From Candidatus Woesearchaeota archaeon (GTDB lineage: Archaea > Nanobdellota > Nanobdellia > SCGC-AAA011-G17 > JACPIM01), in the NCBI GenBank assembly GCA_964513145.1, contig CAZELK010000005.1, forward strand, positions 21,488-85,487: a DNA stretch of 64,000 nt, read 5' to 3'. The position numbers and the translations under genes are program-made. Positions 39,232 to 49,941 of this stretch are shown here, one piece after another. Below the pieces are notes generated by a model. The model worked only from the letters and a program-made list of their open reading frames with translations. It was not told the origin of the DNA and searched no databases. How positions within the stretch are numbered: the stretch's first letter is position 1; the number at the start of each line of letters is the position of its first letter.

Positions 39232-39387
39232 ATTAAATAGAATTATTTTAGTTATATAAGCTTTTTGAACTGCCAATAATATTTAAATATTGTTTCTATT
39301 TATAAGTGATAACAAATAGAAAGGTTTATAAATACGTTATTTCTTCTAAGTAGTAATTTAAATTAATATTTATGGGGGAAAATTAAA

Positions 39388-39768
39388 ATGGCAGTTGATT
39401 ATCAGAAAATAGGAATTGGTGCAGTGGCACTTGGAATTGGCGTACTTGGTACTTTATTCGCATCATATCTAATTGGTGGTTGTTCTTCAAGTGAAAAAGA
39501 ACATAAAATTAAAACTATTAAATTGGGGAAAGGTTATGAGGCTGTAAAAGTTGAAGCTGACAATGATTATGCATTTGTTATTGACAAAGACACAAAAAAA
39601 TTAAGAGTTGTACAATATATTGATGACAAGCCTTTTACTCAAACAAAAAAACATGACAAAGATGGCAAGCCTATAGAAAATAGCTTAGAATTTTTAGTAA
39701 ACGGCAATGTATTTGAACTGGGGTCTCCAACAATGACAGCTGGTTCAGTCAGTATAAGAAGGGATTAA
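39388..39768 (+). CDS. Hypothetical protein with N-terminal TM/lipobox-like segment
   Basis: GIGAVALGIGVLGTLFASYLIGGC. Confidence 0.55.
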   Translation: MAVDYQKIGIGAVALGIGVLGTLFASYLIGGCSSSEKEHKIKTIKLGKGYEAVKVEADNDYAFVIDKDTKKLRVVQYIDDKPFTQTKKHDKDGKPIENSLEFLVNGNVFELGSPTMTAGSVSIRRD

Positions 39769-39774
39769 TTTCTT

Positions 39775-40857
39775 TTATTTTTTTATTAAATATTTTGCAA
39801 AATAAAGAAGTCTAGGTTCTTTTATCAATAATCTAAACAAAAACTTAGATGGATAATCCCTGTCAAATGATTCCAGGATATTTTTTACTTTTGCTTTTTT
39901 AACTAATCCAATTAACTTATCTAGATCATATTCAGTGAATTTGTCTAAAACTTTTCTTATTAATAAATTGTATTTTAAATCGCGATTAAGCGGTTTTAAT
40001 AATTTTTCATAGTTTTTGTTTTCAGTTATTGCTTTTGAGAGAAATTCTGCAGCAATCATTCCCTGAATTATTCCGCCATGACTTGGATTTTTAGTCTGAC
40101 AAGCAGCATCACCTATTAAAAAAACCCTTTCATTCTGCAGTTTCTGTTTTGGATCAAACATGGGAATTACTCCAGATTGATATTCCCTTATCTTTGAATT
40201 TGGAGCTCTTTTTTTTAATAATGATTTAAAGAAAACATTGGAATTTGTATAAGAAGCTGTCCCAATTCTAGCAATGTTTTCATCTTCTGGAACAACCCAG
40301 CCAAAATAACCTTCACCCAAATAAACTTCAATAATTTCCGAATCTTCCATTTTCAGATTTATTCTGGCTTGAAGGCCAATCATAAATTTCCTGTTATTAT
40401 ACATATTGGCTGACTTTGCTACTAAACTAAATGGGCCATCTGCGCCAACCAGGCAGTCTGTTTTAATTATTTTCTTATTTGAGTTAAACTCTACATAATT
40501 TTCATATAATTTACAACTCTCAAATTTATTATTTAAAAAATAATTAGCACCAGAATTAATTGCCTTATTTGCCAAGAATTTATCAAACTTCATTCTGTCG
40601 AGAACTATGTTTGGTTTTTTAAAATTAATTTCAACTGAATTTTTTTTTGAAAATACCTTAAAACCTTTAATTAAATTTACAATAACTTCTTTTTTTAAGT
40701 CTATAATATTTTTTATGGAGTCTGTTACAAGACCAGTGCATTGGACTGGAGAACCTATTAATTTATGCTCCTCATAAACATTTACTTCCTGGCCTTTTTT
40801 TGCCAATAAATAAGCTAAATGGCTTCCTGCTGGTCCGGCACCTATAATTGAAATCAT
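39775..40857 (-). CDS. Geranylgeranyl reductase-family FAD oxidoreductase
   Basis: IGAGPAGS, VQCTG, VGADGPFS, YFGWVVP and LIGDAACQ..GGI. Confidence 0.88.
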   Translation of the reverse strand: MISIIGAGPAGSHLAYLLAKKGQEVNVYEEHKLIGSPVQCTGLVTDSIKNIIDLKKEVIVNLIKGFKVFSKKNSVEINFKKPNIVLDRMKFDKFLANKAINSGANYFLNNKFESCKLYENYVEFNSNKKIIKTDCLVGADGPFSLVAKSANMYNNRKFMIGLQARINLKMEDSEIIEVYLGEGYFGWVVPEDENIARIGTASYTNSNVFFKSLLKKRAPNSKIREYQSGVIPMFDPKQKLQNERVFLIGDAACQTKNPSHGGIIQGMIAAEFLSKAITENKNYEKLLKPLNRDLKYNLLIRKVLDKFTEYDLDKLIGLVKKAKVKNILESFDRDYPSKFLFRLLIKEPRLLYFAKYLIKK

Positions 40858-40956
40858 TTTAACCTTTTTAACAAAAAAGCTTAACCAAAAAAATTGGAAA
40901 GCTTAACAAAAACGGCTAAAAAAACTTTATAAAGTTATCTAAGATTAAGTTAAAAT

Positions 40957-41841
40957 ATGCTTGAAGAGATTGTGATTAGTTCTGTTGCCATAATTGGCTT
41001 GATTATTGCGACAATAACTGACATTAAATATCGGGAAGTTCCGGATTATCTGAGTTATTTTTTAATAACTACTGGTTTTGTTTTCAGATTTTTTTATTCT
41101 GTTCTTAATAATAACTGGTATTATTTTCTTTATGGGCTAATTGGTTTCGGAATTTGTTTTTTAATAGGATTATTGCTTTATTTAACAAAACAATGGGGTG
41201 GGGGGGATACAAAACTTTTAATGGGGTTGGGAGTCATATTTGCCACAAAGCCTTTTTTCATAAAACAAGATGGAACTTATTTTCTTAATACTTTCATTAA
41301 CCAAGATTTAATATTTTTATTTAATTTGTTAATTTTTATTTTCTTGACTGGAGCTGCTTATGGCTTAATTTATGGCGTTTATTTGGCTTTTAAGAACAAA
41401 AATAATTTTGTAAAGGAATTTAAAAGAATTTTGAATGAAGACAATATAAAATTTGTAAGAGTTTTTTCTTTGATTATATCAGGAATATTAGTATTCTTAA
41501 TTTTCTTAAGCAGTGATTTAGCAACTAGAATTATTTTAACTGGTTTTGTTTTCTTTTTAATATTTTATGTTCATTTATGGATCTTTGTAAGGTCTGTGGA
41601 AAATGCATGCATGTTCAAGGTTATACCAATAAACGAATTAACCGAGGGAGACTGGATTGCTGACAATGTAGTAATCAAAAATAAAATTATTTTTCATAAG
41701 AACAAATTATCTGTTGATAAAAAAGATATTTTAAAATTCATTAAAGAGGGCGTCAGAAAAGTTAAAATTAAAGAGGGAATTCCATTTGTACCCTCTTTTT
41801 TAATAGGGACTTTATTGAGCTTTATATTTGGAATTTTTTAA
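40957..41841 (+). CDS. Prepilin/preflagellin peptidase (A24 family)
   Basis: TDIKYREVPD and GGGDTKLL catalytic Asp motifs; GDW..; C-terminal GIPFVPSFLIG. Confidence 0.88.
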   Translation: MLEEIVISSVAIIGLIIATITDIKYREVPDYLSYFLITTGFVFRFFYSVLNNNWYYFLYGLIGFGICFLIGLLLYLTKQWGGGDTKLLMGLGVIFATKPFFIKQDGTYFLNTFINQDLIFLFNLLIFIFLTGAAYGLIYGVYLAFKNKNNFVKEFKRILNEDNIKFVRVFSLIISGILVFLIFLSSDLATRIILTGFVFFLIFYVHLWIFVRSVENACMFKVIPINELTEGDWIADNVVIKNKIIFHKNKLSVDKKDILKFIKEGVRKVKIKEGIPFVPSFLIGTLLSFIFGIF

Positions 41842-41842
41842 A

Positions 41843-42484
41843 TTAGGGGTATCTTTCTTGGTAATAAGTTTTGGTTGTTTCTTGTTTTTTCAGCTTAACT
41901 TCTTCTGGTTTTTTTTCTTCTTGCGGATTTAAGACTGAAACATTCTTTTTTATCTTGTTTAATATACCATCTAATTCTTCTTCAGTCACTTTTTTACGTT
42001 CCAAAACTAAATTTAATTTGTCTTTTGCAAATCGTGGAATTACATTAATAGCAACATGCGGGATTAATTGCCCAGCAAATTCTCCATTTGCAACAAAAAT
42101 ATTTGTTCCTTGAGCATCCAAAGAATTAAACAATAAAGCAGAAATTTTATTTGCTAAATTGAATAAACTACCCACATCTTTAACTTGCGACAATATTTGA
42201 AAATGCTGTTTTGGAAAAACTAATGTATGTCCCGGGTTGGATGGATTAATTTCAAGAACAGCCATTAACTCTTTATCTTCATAGACTTTTTTTGATTTTA
42301 TCTTGTTTTCAACTATTAAGCAGAAAGGACATTGCTGTGGTGGCTGGACATTTTTTAATGATTCAAATTGCTCTGGTGAGAGTTTCTTTAAAAAATCTGG
42401 CAATACTTTTTTTTGCTCTTCTTCAGATAATTTTGATATTTTATTTAATTCTTCTATTTGTTCTTTTGTAAATAATTCTTCCAT
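41843..42484 (-). CDS. HIT-family protein with degenerate histidine triad
   Basis: CPFC, GHTLVFPKQH; triad region reads IPHVAINVIPR. Confidence 0.8.
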   Translation of the reverse strand: MEELFTKEQIEELNKISKLSEEEQKKVLPDFLKKLSPEQFESLKNVQPPQQCPFCLIVENKIKSKKVYEDKELMAVLEINPSNPGHTLVFPKQHFQILSQVKDVGSLFNLANKISALLFNSLDAQGTNIFVANGEFAGQLIPHVAINVIPRFAKDKLNLVLERKKVTEEELDGILNKIKKNVSVLNPQEEKKPEEVKLKKQETTKTYYQERYP

Positions 42485-42568
42485 TTTTTTAACATTTTTA
42501 TGAAAAAGCTTAACCAAAGAACCCTTTTTACGAAAAGTGTTCACGGAAAAACGAAAAAGCTTAACAAA

Positions 42569-42844
42569 TTACCCCACTGCTCTTCGAACTTCAACTACAT
42601 CTGCACTTTCAACATTTTTAATTTTACTGATTGATTCTTCTAATGGATCTAAATTAGATTTACTTTCATCTGAGAAAAAAGAAATCATCAGGGCTTTTAA
42701 TCCAAAGGCTATTGGTTCTTGAGTAATTTTTCCTATATTTCCGCCGAATTTTTCAATTTCTTTAACTGCTTCTTTTTCCAGAACAGAAAGGTCTATGTCA
42801 ATATTTTTAGGCATTATTCTTAGGGTTATAATAACTTTAGCCAT
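42569..42844 (-). CDS. ef1b: Elongation factor 1-beta
   Basis: LRIMP and EPIAFGLKAL. Confidence 0.93.
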   Translation of the reverse strand: MAKVIITLRIMPKNIDIDLSVLEKEAVKEIEKFGGNIGKITQEPIAFGLKALMISFFSDESKSNLDPLEESISKIKNVESADVVEVRRAVG

Positions 42845-42845
42845 T

Positions 42846-43019
42846 TCAATTTGGTCCTGAGAAATTACAACCAGGGCAAATATATTTAGCGCCTAATTCC
42901 CTACATTTAAAGCATCTTACTATTTTTTGTTTACCACAACTTGGACAGTCAAATTCTACTGAACCACGAATATTAGTTATATTTGTTTTACAGCTTGTAC
43001 ATATTTTTTTGTCTTTCAT
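42846..43019 (-). CDS. Zn-ribbon protein (DUF1610-like), conserved neighbour of EF-1beta
   Basis: Manual translation MKDKKICTSC...FDCPSCG...RCFKCRELGAKYICPGCNFSGPN. Confidence 0.85.
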   Translation of the reverse strand: MKDKKICTSCKTNITNIRGSVEFDCPSCGKQKIVRCFKCRELGAKYICPGCNFSGPN

Positions 43020-43126
43020 AAGACTTCTGATGGCAAATAAATATTTATAAAGCTTTTTATTAACCTTTTTTAGAAGCTTACTAAAAATTCGTTATTTTCC
43101 GCTAACGCTTTTTATAAAAGGGTTAT

Positions 43127-43258
43127 GGGCCTATAGTTCAGCCTGGACTAAGCTTTAAGAAAAGTTTAAATCAAAAACTGGAAAAAAAGTAAGAAAATAC
43201 CAGAGAGAACACAAGATTGCGGATCTTGGAATCCGAGGTTCAAATCCTCGTAGGCCCG
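43127..43258 (+). tRNA. tRNA-Arg(GCG) with a 57-nt D-loop intron (43149-43205, position 20a/21)
   Basis: GGGCCTA/TAGGCCC acceptor, GTTC/GAAC D-stem, CAAGA-TTGCGGA-TCTTG and CGAGG-TTCAAAT-CCTCG. Central helix CTGG/CCAG sits in BHB register. Confidence 0.9.
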
Positions 43259-43657
43259 ATACATCTACTGAGCTGTTAGCGAGTAGCTGGTAGGTAGTAG
43301 GAATGAAACGATAAAAACACAAATAGTTCTAGAATTTTAAGCGATTTATTTAATTTTACTATTAATGTTTGCCAAAGTTTTAGTTTTTTTTCTTTCAATT
43401 TTTGCAATTGTTGTATTTGTTGATCATCAGGGAGTTCAAAAAGTTGTTTATGTATTGCAGAAAGTTCATTTAATTCTTTTTGTGTCTGTTGTAAACATTT
43501 ATAGATATCTAGAATCCTAGGTTCCATTAATTTAACTTCTTCAAACCTAAACCCATATAAAAAAGATTCATTTTTGATATATATTCTATAAAATATATAA
43601 AAGACAATTTAAATAAAATTCCGATTTCAAGGTCCTACATCTTTAGGTCTATTAAAA

Positions 43658-44233
43658 TTATTGAATGAACTTTTTATTTGCCAATATATTTCTAATCACT
43701 TCCAAAAACTCCTGTGCATGTTCAAGAGATTCTTTGGCAGGTTCAATATTCATTTTGGAAAGTCTTTCATAAGCTGAAAAACCTCGTTTTTTCTTTTCTT
43801 CAGCTAAACTTGCAAATAATTCTAAAGCTTTTCTTTCTGCTTCTTCATAAATAAAAAATAATTCTTCTTCTAATTCTTTATTTATAATGAAATTTTTACA
43901 AAAAGCATAAAGTGTGGCTTTATGAACATCAATCCTTGAAATTTTTATTCTTTTTGTTGCCAATAAAGCATTTACAGCATGAAACATAGCATAATAAGAA
44001 GCCTGAATAACCCAGTCATAAAAAGTATCTTATTCTTTTAATTTTAATAATTCTTTTAATTTATTGTCCTGAGAAATCTTAAATATTGTTCTACTAATTT
44101 TAAGATTATTCTGTGCTTTTTCAAACATTAAATGTATTCTTGTATGAACTTTGTCATCATTTTCTTTAACAGAGCCTTTTTTAATTAATTTAGTATATTC
44201 TTCATTAATTTCATCAATATTTATTTCTTTCAT
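43658..44233 (-). pseudogene. HEPN-domain protein with an in-frame TAA at 44030-44032
   Basis: ORFs 44030-44233 and 43658-43987 are in one frame: ...LKE*DTFYDWVIQASYYAMFHAVNALL... Confidence 0.8.
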
Positions 44234-44844
44234 TTATTTGATTCCAGCAATATTTGGTAAAATATTTCTGCTCCTGTTAATATAATCTTATTTTTAATTA
44301 TTTCCTTGCTTACAGTAAACTGCTTGGATTTTAAAGACATAATAAATTCTTCAAAAGAAATAATATTTAAGTCTATTTTATTTTCAAATTCTGGAAAATA
44401 TTTTGAAATAAAGTTCTTAAATTCTTTTAATTTATCAGTTAATATAAATATATCTATGTCTGATTTTTTTGTTTCAGTTCCAGAAGCATAACTTCCGAAT
44501 ATTCCTATTGATATTATTGGGCTGATTTTATTGGCCTCATTTATTACATTTTTTAAAAATGGGAGTTTCTTTAATATCTGTAAAGAATTTAATTCTTCTA
44601 CAAAGGCTAAATAAACTGGCAGTTCCAAAGAATTAATATTTAAAGAACAAATATTAGCTTTTCCTACAGTTTCTATTTTTAATAAATCCTTTTTTTGCAG
44701 ATTTTTAACAGTATTATAAGTGTTTGGATAGTGCTTTTTTATTGTTTTTGCAATCTGTAAAATGCTTATTTTTAAGTTAAAATCCTTTGCAAAAATACAA
44801 AGTATATTCGCTTCTAAACTATTTAGATTTATTATATTATACAT
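44230..44844 (-). CDS. HTH plus minimal nucleotidyltransferase (MNT) antitoxin
   Basis: IFGSYASGTETKKSDIDIFI; N-terminal HTH. Confidence 0.88.
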   Translation of the reverse strand: MYNIINLNSLEANILCIFAKDFNLKISILQIAKTIKKHYPNTYNTVKNLQKKDLLKIETVGKANICSLNINSLELPVYLAFVEELNSLQILKKLPFLKNVINEANKISPIISIGIFGSYASGTETKKSDIDIFILTDKLKEFKNFISKYFPEFENKIDLNIISFEEFIMSLKSKQFTVSKEIIKNKIILTGAEIFYQILLESNK

Positions 44845-45149
44845 ACTATAATATTATATTATAATAACTATATAAACTTTTTGGAGAAGATTTAAATACA
44901 TCTTGCTATTATTAGTTTTAATCAAGCTGATTGGTGCTTTGGAATAGACATTCTGACAGTCGTAGGCTCGATACATCTACGAAGCGGGTAGCCCGAAGCT
45001 TGTAGGGACAAAACTATGAAAGGAAGACATTTAAGAGAAGTTTGAATAATTATTATTGCTAAAATATTTTAGTCGAGAATTCAACATTTTGCTTTTTTGC
45101 AAACTTCTCTATATCAATTACGAGAATCAGCAAAATTGGTTATGCTACC

Positions 45150-48100
45150 TTAAGTTACGTCAACTAGCCCTTTTTCTGTTACTTGAAAAATAGCTTCAGA
45201 CTCTGGTAAATGTGGGGCATCAATCATTTTTGCAACCCTTGTTCCTTTTTTTCCTTTTCTTAAGTAAACCCTGTAAGTTGAATTATGTACAACAAAGCTA
45301 TTTGCTATATAATTTTCAGATTCTGGAATAGTTAAGTCGTAAAACAACTCTTTATTTTGTTTTTGAGTTATTTTTCTGATTTTTTCCCAGCGTACAGGCA
45401 TAACTAATAATTGTTTTAACCAATTAACTTCTTTTTGAACTTCTGGGTTTAGTTGTTTTTTATCTAAGGCAGCCACTATCTTTTCAAAGTTCTTCTTTGT
45501 AACAGTTTTATATTCTGACGATCTATAAGTAATAACTGAAAATGGCTTTAAACCAGCTCTTTTTAATAAATTTATTAAATAAGTTCTTTCTACTGGAATG
45601 GTTTCTTTTGTAAACTTTTGTTTTTTACCATACTCCAACCAATAATTTATTTGCTTTTGCTTATCCCTAGCAGTCATTCCAATTTGCTTTCCAAATTCAT
45701 AACAATCTCTATTATCTAAACGAAGATTATAAATCAAATTTCCATCAGAATTTACAGATTCTTCAAAAACCGAACGGATATTAAATCTAAGTAAAAGCAT
45801 TTGCATTATATGCAATAAACGTTCATTTTTTTGAGATATTGTAATCCTTGGTCTATCTTTATCTACAGAGCCTTCGGCATCAGCAAATCCCTTAATAAAT
45901 GCTTTTACATATTCATCCGGAGATTGAGATACTAATCTTACTGTTTCGAATAATAAATATTCAAAAACTTTAGTTATTGTTTTATTGTTAATTGATAAAT
46001 CAAAACAGTTTTTATCTTTGAGTTTTATTATACTGCCTTCTTCTCCAAATAAATTATACATAGCTTTTTGATATTGTTCAAGAATTTCTTTTCTTTGATC
46101 TCTGAAACTAACACTATAATTATCTACATTTCCATCCCCAATAAAATACCCCAAAACTTGAGATAATTCCGGCGTAAACTCTTTAGGTATTGTTATAATG
46201 TGGTGCTTATTTGTTTCAACTTGCGTTGCATTAATCAAAACTTGTCCATCTCCTTGAAAGTTCATATTTTCGATCACTTGTTTACTAGTTGGATAACTCT
46301 GATTTAAAATTCTTCTTAGTTGTCTTGGTCTTACTCCCAAATTTGTACAAAATTCTTTTCTTGTAATCTCATTTTCTTTTAACCAGCTTTTGAGTTTTTG
46401 AGATTCTTTTTCTGGCACTTCAAAAACTTCGTCTATTTCAAATTCAGGTAGTTTTTGGATCTTGCCTTTAATTTTTATTTCTTTTGTTAAAGCTACATAG
46501 TCTCCTACTTTCAAATCTTTTGCATATGTCTCTTCGATTTTCCCTTCTTTATTCAATTTAAAGAATCTGTGTGTATTGGAAGAAGTAATTCTTGAACCAG
46601 CATCAATTTCGTAAGCTTCTTCAAGTTTTACATTTACAAATAAAGTTTTAAGTTCTTTTGAACAAAAAACAAATCCGTTTTTCATATCTAAAGAGATAAC
46701 TTGATTTGTTGCGGGCTCAAATAGATCTCCTATTGCTTGAATAGTTCCATTTGCTAATTGAATTAAAGATCCGGCAGCTACGCAGTTATGGCCAACAATA
46801 TGTCCCCCAACTGCTGCCGTAGGGTCTCCAAAAAATGTATCTGGCTTTGACATAACTTGATTTGTAATATAAACAACTACATTATAATTTGAAGCTAATT
46901 TTTGCAGGATATGCAAATGCTTGTTTAATTTTTGCTGTCTATCTGCTAATTGACCCCTTCCTGAAAAATCTGACCTAAAATGTCCCATTAAAGAATCTAC
47001 GATAACTAATTTTATTGGAAGATTATCTTTTGTAATTAAATCTTCTACTTTTTCAGCTAATAACATTTGATGATCTGAATTAAAGCAACGAGCTATTTTA
47101 ATATTTTTTAAGGTTTTTTCAGGATCTAGATTATTTAATTCTGCAATTTGTTTTATTCTTTCAGGTCTGAATGTATTATGAAGAATTATTCCTCCATGCC
47201 CCCCAATAAAATTTTGTATCTCTTTATTATCTGGCATAACTTCGACATCGTATACTTGTTCTGCATCTAATTCTTTTATACTTTTAATTGCATCAAACCA
47301 GATATCTGAGTCAATAATTTTCTTTATTTTTTGAATATCTCTTGATTCTTTTAAATTTCCAATAATTTTCTTTAATGTTGATTTTCTAATTGATTTCGAA
47401 CCGTTCTTCAAAATATTTGTTAAATAAGAAAAATCCATATCAATTATCTTAGAAAAGTTTTTCAATGTATCAAACTGTTTTCTTATATTTTCTAATAAAA
47501 TAGAGCTAAATTGTAATTCTTCATTTGGTAATTCATCAAGACGACTATCTCTTACCAAAGCTGTTTGCCAACTTATAGCCTGCATTTGATATTCCTCTCC
47601 GTCTCTTTCGGGTCTTATGTGATTTTTTGGAGAACATTTGTAAGACCTTGTATTAGTATGCTGGTTTGCAGGAATATTTAATGCACAGGTAGAATACAAC
47701 AACCCTTCTACTAATTCTGCGCTTTTAGTTTCGCACGTAGTTGATCCAGTTATATCATCAATTGTTCCGTCTCCATCAATATATCCTTCTAAAAATGAAG
47801 AAATATATTCTTTGCTTAAATTAAAAATAAAATTTGGTAGTCTTTTTGTATTGGCAGTATAACCTAAATCTAGTTTTTCTATTAATAAAGCAAAAGGTTT
47901 AGAATTAATCTTTAAATCAGATTTAGATCTTTTTACGCTTAAACCAAAACTATTTATGAATTCTCTTAGATAAAATTCAATATAATCTTGAGTGTTCGTT
48001 ATTATAACTGTCTTATTTTTTAAACAACTTCCTTCTGCCACATATAACCCCAAAAATTTCATAAAATCTTTAGTTAATGGGACTAATAAAGGAATCATAC

Positions 48101-49313
48101 TTTTTCTTATCCACCCCCCAATAAACAAATTGCTTTTTGTATTATCATCTATATGTTCATTTATTTTATTATATATGTCTAAAGGTAGTTCATTTCTGCT
48201 TAACCAATTGTTAAAACTGCTATCACAACTTTCTCTATTTTTAATTAATTCACAAATTTCTTTTTTATGCGTTGTTATTATTTTTTTAAAAGATTCACCC
48301 CCCCGAACTAATAAATCTCTTCTATCTCCAAATAACTTAGATGTATCTAAACTATTGATGCCCATCTTTATAGGTATGCTTCCAGCAACAGCTATTTTAT
48401 TTCCAATCTTCAATTTTTCTGTAGATATCTCAGATAGTTCACAATTTTTATTTAAAGTAAAAAAATTGTGATATTTAGTAACTCTCACCTTTCTACCACT
48501 TTTTAGTTTAACTTCGTATATTTTTTGTTTCGGATGCTTAATAAATCCAGATATTTTAAAAGTCTTTATTTTGTAGTCTTCCGGGTCATAAGAAACTGCT
48601 TTTATATTTTCAAAATTATCTGCAGTTGATATTGTTTGTCCATATCTTGTTATTCTTTCTGTATTATTTAAAGCAGTTTCAACTAGTTCTCCTATCTTTA
48701 CTAATCCCAAAAAATTGTTTTTTTCAATTAAAATTTTTTCATCATAAGGCAAACTACTTTCAGTATCCAACCAAACTGCCATTCCTTCAGCCCCGCCTTT
48801 TTCTTTTGGCAATTGTATATTTACAGCTAGTTGATGAGCAAGGGCTGACTTTCCAACGCCAAATTCTCCGTAACATTCAGTTATTGCACCACTTTCAATT
48901 CCACCACCAAATAATGCGTCTAAAGCTCTTGAATTTGTAGTAATTTTATTTATTGATTTTCTTTTTTCTAAGAGCTGGTCTCCAGATTCAAAACCCATAT
49001 CCATTTTATTTCTGGCTGTGTTAATTATTTTACGAGCTGTTGCTTCAGTCAGTCCAGCTATTTCTGTTAATTCGCCTGGAGAGGCTACTGCAATAGAAAG
49101 CATAGTATCAAAACCAGCTTCCCTTAATTTTTCAGCTGTTGCTGCTCCAACACCTGGAAGCTCTTCAATTGTTAATTTCTTTTTCAGCTCTTCTTTTTCT
49201 TGTTTTACTTCTTGCTTGGGTTTTATTTCTTTTTCAACAGGAATCTCCTTTACTTCTTTGATATCTTCTTTTTTCTTTTCAACTAGGACTGTTTTTTCAA
49301 CCATTAATTTCAC
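45150..49313 (-). CDS. radA: DNA repair and recombination protein RadA with two inteins (extein ~359 aa)
   Basis: ELPGVG HhH, GEFGVGKS Walker A, DTES|TFRPER, LVIVDS Walker [13 protein letters not shown] and GGHIVGHN|[10 protein letters not shown]. Confidence 0.95.
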   Translation of the reverse strand: MKLMVEKTVLVEKKKEDIKEVKEIPVEKEIKPKQEVKQEKEELKKKLTIEELPGVGAATAEKLREAGFDTMLSIAVASPGELTEIAGLTEATARKIINTARNKMDMGFESGDQLLEKRKSINKITTNSRALDALFGGGIESGAITECYGEFGVGKSALAHQLAVNIQLPKEKGGAEGMAVWLDTESSLPYDEKILIEKNNFLGLVKIGELVETALNNTERITRYGQTISTADNFENIKAVSYDPEDYKIKTFKISGFIKHPKQKIYEVKLKSGRKVRVTKYHNFFTLNKNCELSEISTEKLKIGNKIAVAGSIPIKMGINSLDTSKLFGDRRDLLVRGGESFKKIITTHKKEICELIKNRESCDSSFNNWLSRNELPLDIYNKINEHIDDNTKSNLFIGGWIRKSMIPLLVPLTKDFMKFLGLYVAEGSCLKNKTVIITNTQDYIEFYLREFINSFGLSVKRSKSDLKINSKPFALLIEKLDLGYTANTKRLPNFIFNLSKEYISSFLEGYIDGDGTIDDITGSTTCETKSAELVEGLLYSTCALNIPANQHTNTRSYKCSPKNHIRPERDGEEYQMQAISWQTALVRDSRLDELPNEELQFSSILLENIRKQFDTLKNFSKIIDMDFSYLTNILKNGSKSIRKSTLKKIIGNLKESRDIQKIKKIIDSDIWFDAIKSIKELDAEQVYDVEVMPDNKEIQNFIGGHGGIILHNTFRPERIKQIAELNNLDPEKTLKNIKIARCFNSDHQMLLAEKVEDLITKDNLPIKLVIVDSLMGHFRSDFSGRGQLADRQQKLNKHLHILQKLASNYNVVVYITNQVMSKPDTFFGDPTAAVGGHIVGHNCVAAGSLIQLANGTIQAIGDLFEPATNQVISLDMKNGFVFCSKELKTLFVNVKLEEAYEIDAGSRITSSNTHRFFKLNKEGKIEETYAKDLKVGDYVALTKEIKIKGKIQKLPEFEIDEVFEVPEKESQKLKSWLKENEITRKEFCTNLGVRPRQLRRILNQSYPTSKQVIENMNFQGDGQVLINATQVETNKHHIITIPKEFTPELSQVLGYFIGDGNVDNYSVSFRDQRKEILEQYQKAMYNLFGEEGSIIKLKDKNCFDLSINNKTITKVFEYLLFETVRLVSQSPDEYVKAFIKGFADAEGSVDKDRPRITISQKNERLLHIMQMLLLRFNIRSVFEESVNSDGNLIYNLRLDNRDCYEFGKQIGMTARDKQKQINYWLEYGKKQKFTKETIPVERTYLINLLKRAGLKPFSVITYRSSEYKTVTKKNFEKIVAALDKKQLNPEVQKEVNWLKQLLVMPVRWEKIRKITQKQNKELFYDLTIPESENYIANSFVVHNSTYRVYLRKGKKGTRVAKMIDAPHLPESEAIFQVTEKGLVDVT
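45282..46784 (-). mobile_element. RadA intein 2 (501 aa) with LAGLIDADG endonuclease
   Basis: Starts CVAAGS, ends YDLTI...FVVHN followed by Ser; motifs VLGYFIGDG and IKGFADAEG. Confidence 0.92.
47175..48755 (-). mobile_element. RadA intein 1 (527 aa) with LAGLIDADG endonuclease
   Basis: Starts [10 protein letters not shown], ends VYDVEV...IILHN followed by Thr; motifs FLGLYVAEG and LEGYIDGDG. Confidence 0.92.
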
Positions 49314-49374
49314 CTTCTTGAGTTTTAATTTTTAATTGCTTAATATGTCTTTCTGTAAAAAAACCGAAAACTTT

Positions 49375-49671
49375 TCAGTTTTCAGCTTTTTTTTCCAGTG
49401 GTTTTTCCAAAAATAATTCCTTGGTAGCTTCGTGCAATAATGTCATGACCCTTGGCAAATCCATTCTTCTTAAGTTAATAGTTTCATTTCGCCATATATC
49501 TTCATCTTTCTTTTTAAAAGATCTTGACAAGCTCATTGTTTTAAATTCCACTAAATTTCCATTTACTTCTCTTTCATTAGACCATAAGGCAATCTCAAAA
49601 TTAGAAGATCTCCATTTTTTTATTGGTCTATTTACTTTTTTAGAATTTTTTGGTATTTCCATTTTTTTCAC
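49375..49671 (-). CDS. Small hypothetical protein, possible PC4-like ssDNA-binding fold
   Basis: PIKKWRSSNFEIALWSNE...MSLSRSFKKKDEDIWRNETINLRRMDL; directly upstream of radA. Confidence 0.55.
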   Translation of the reverse strand: MKKMEIPKNSKKVNRPIKKWRSSNFEIALWSNEREVNGNLVEFKTMSLSRSFKKKDEDIWRNETINLRRMDLPRVMTLLHEATKELFLEKPLEKKAEN

Positions 49672-49789
49672 ACTCCAATTGTTGCTTTCGCATTTTGTTT
49701 AAATTAGCCTTAAAACTTACAAAAGAGGTGTCTTTTGAACTAATTATTTTAAGGCTTTAATTCAAAAAGATAATTTTCTATATAAAGGT

Positions 49790-49826
49790 TAGGCAGGTGT
49801 TTGTCTTGTCCAGTAGTTTTTGTCCA
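49790..49826. promoter_or_regulatory. Second copy of the 37-bp TGTCCA element, adjacent to the minus-strand TATA upstream of the 49671-radA unit
   Basis: 35/37 identical to 9558-9594; abuts ctatataaagg (49778-49788). Confidence 0.75.
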
Positions 49827-49941
49827 GTTGTATTTATAAATAGAAGGTGTCACAAACCAGAGTAGTAAATTTTCGAAGAATTTTATGGCAGAATAATATT
49901 TCTTAATAAATATTTATAATCTTTAAAAAATATTAAAAATT

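Larger units (their letters stand above)
43248..45006. mobile_element. att-bounded ~1.7-kb islet at the tRNA-Arg 3' end (no integrase)
   Basis: tcgtaggcccgatacatctac (43248-43268) vs tcgtaggctcgatacatctac (44960-44980); similarity extends through a CTAC...GTAG hairpin. Confidence 0.7.

Noticed and set aside
40876-42570. Repeated AAAGCTTAAC motif (40876, 40898, 42505, 42556)
   Set aside because: Short, AT-rich and inconsistently placed relative to genes; cannot be distinguished from promoter/terminator composition.
43164-43181. Nested intron inside the tRNA-Arg intron
   Set aside because: GTTT/AAAC pairing is weak with no flanking helix; a single 57-nt intron already restores the D-loop.
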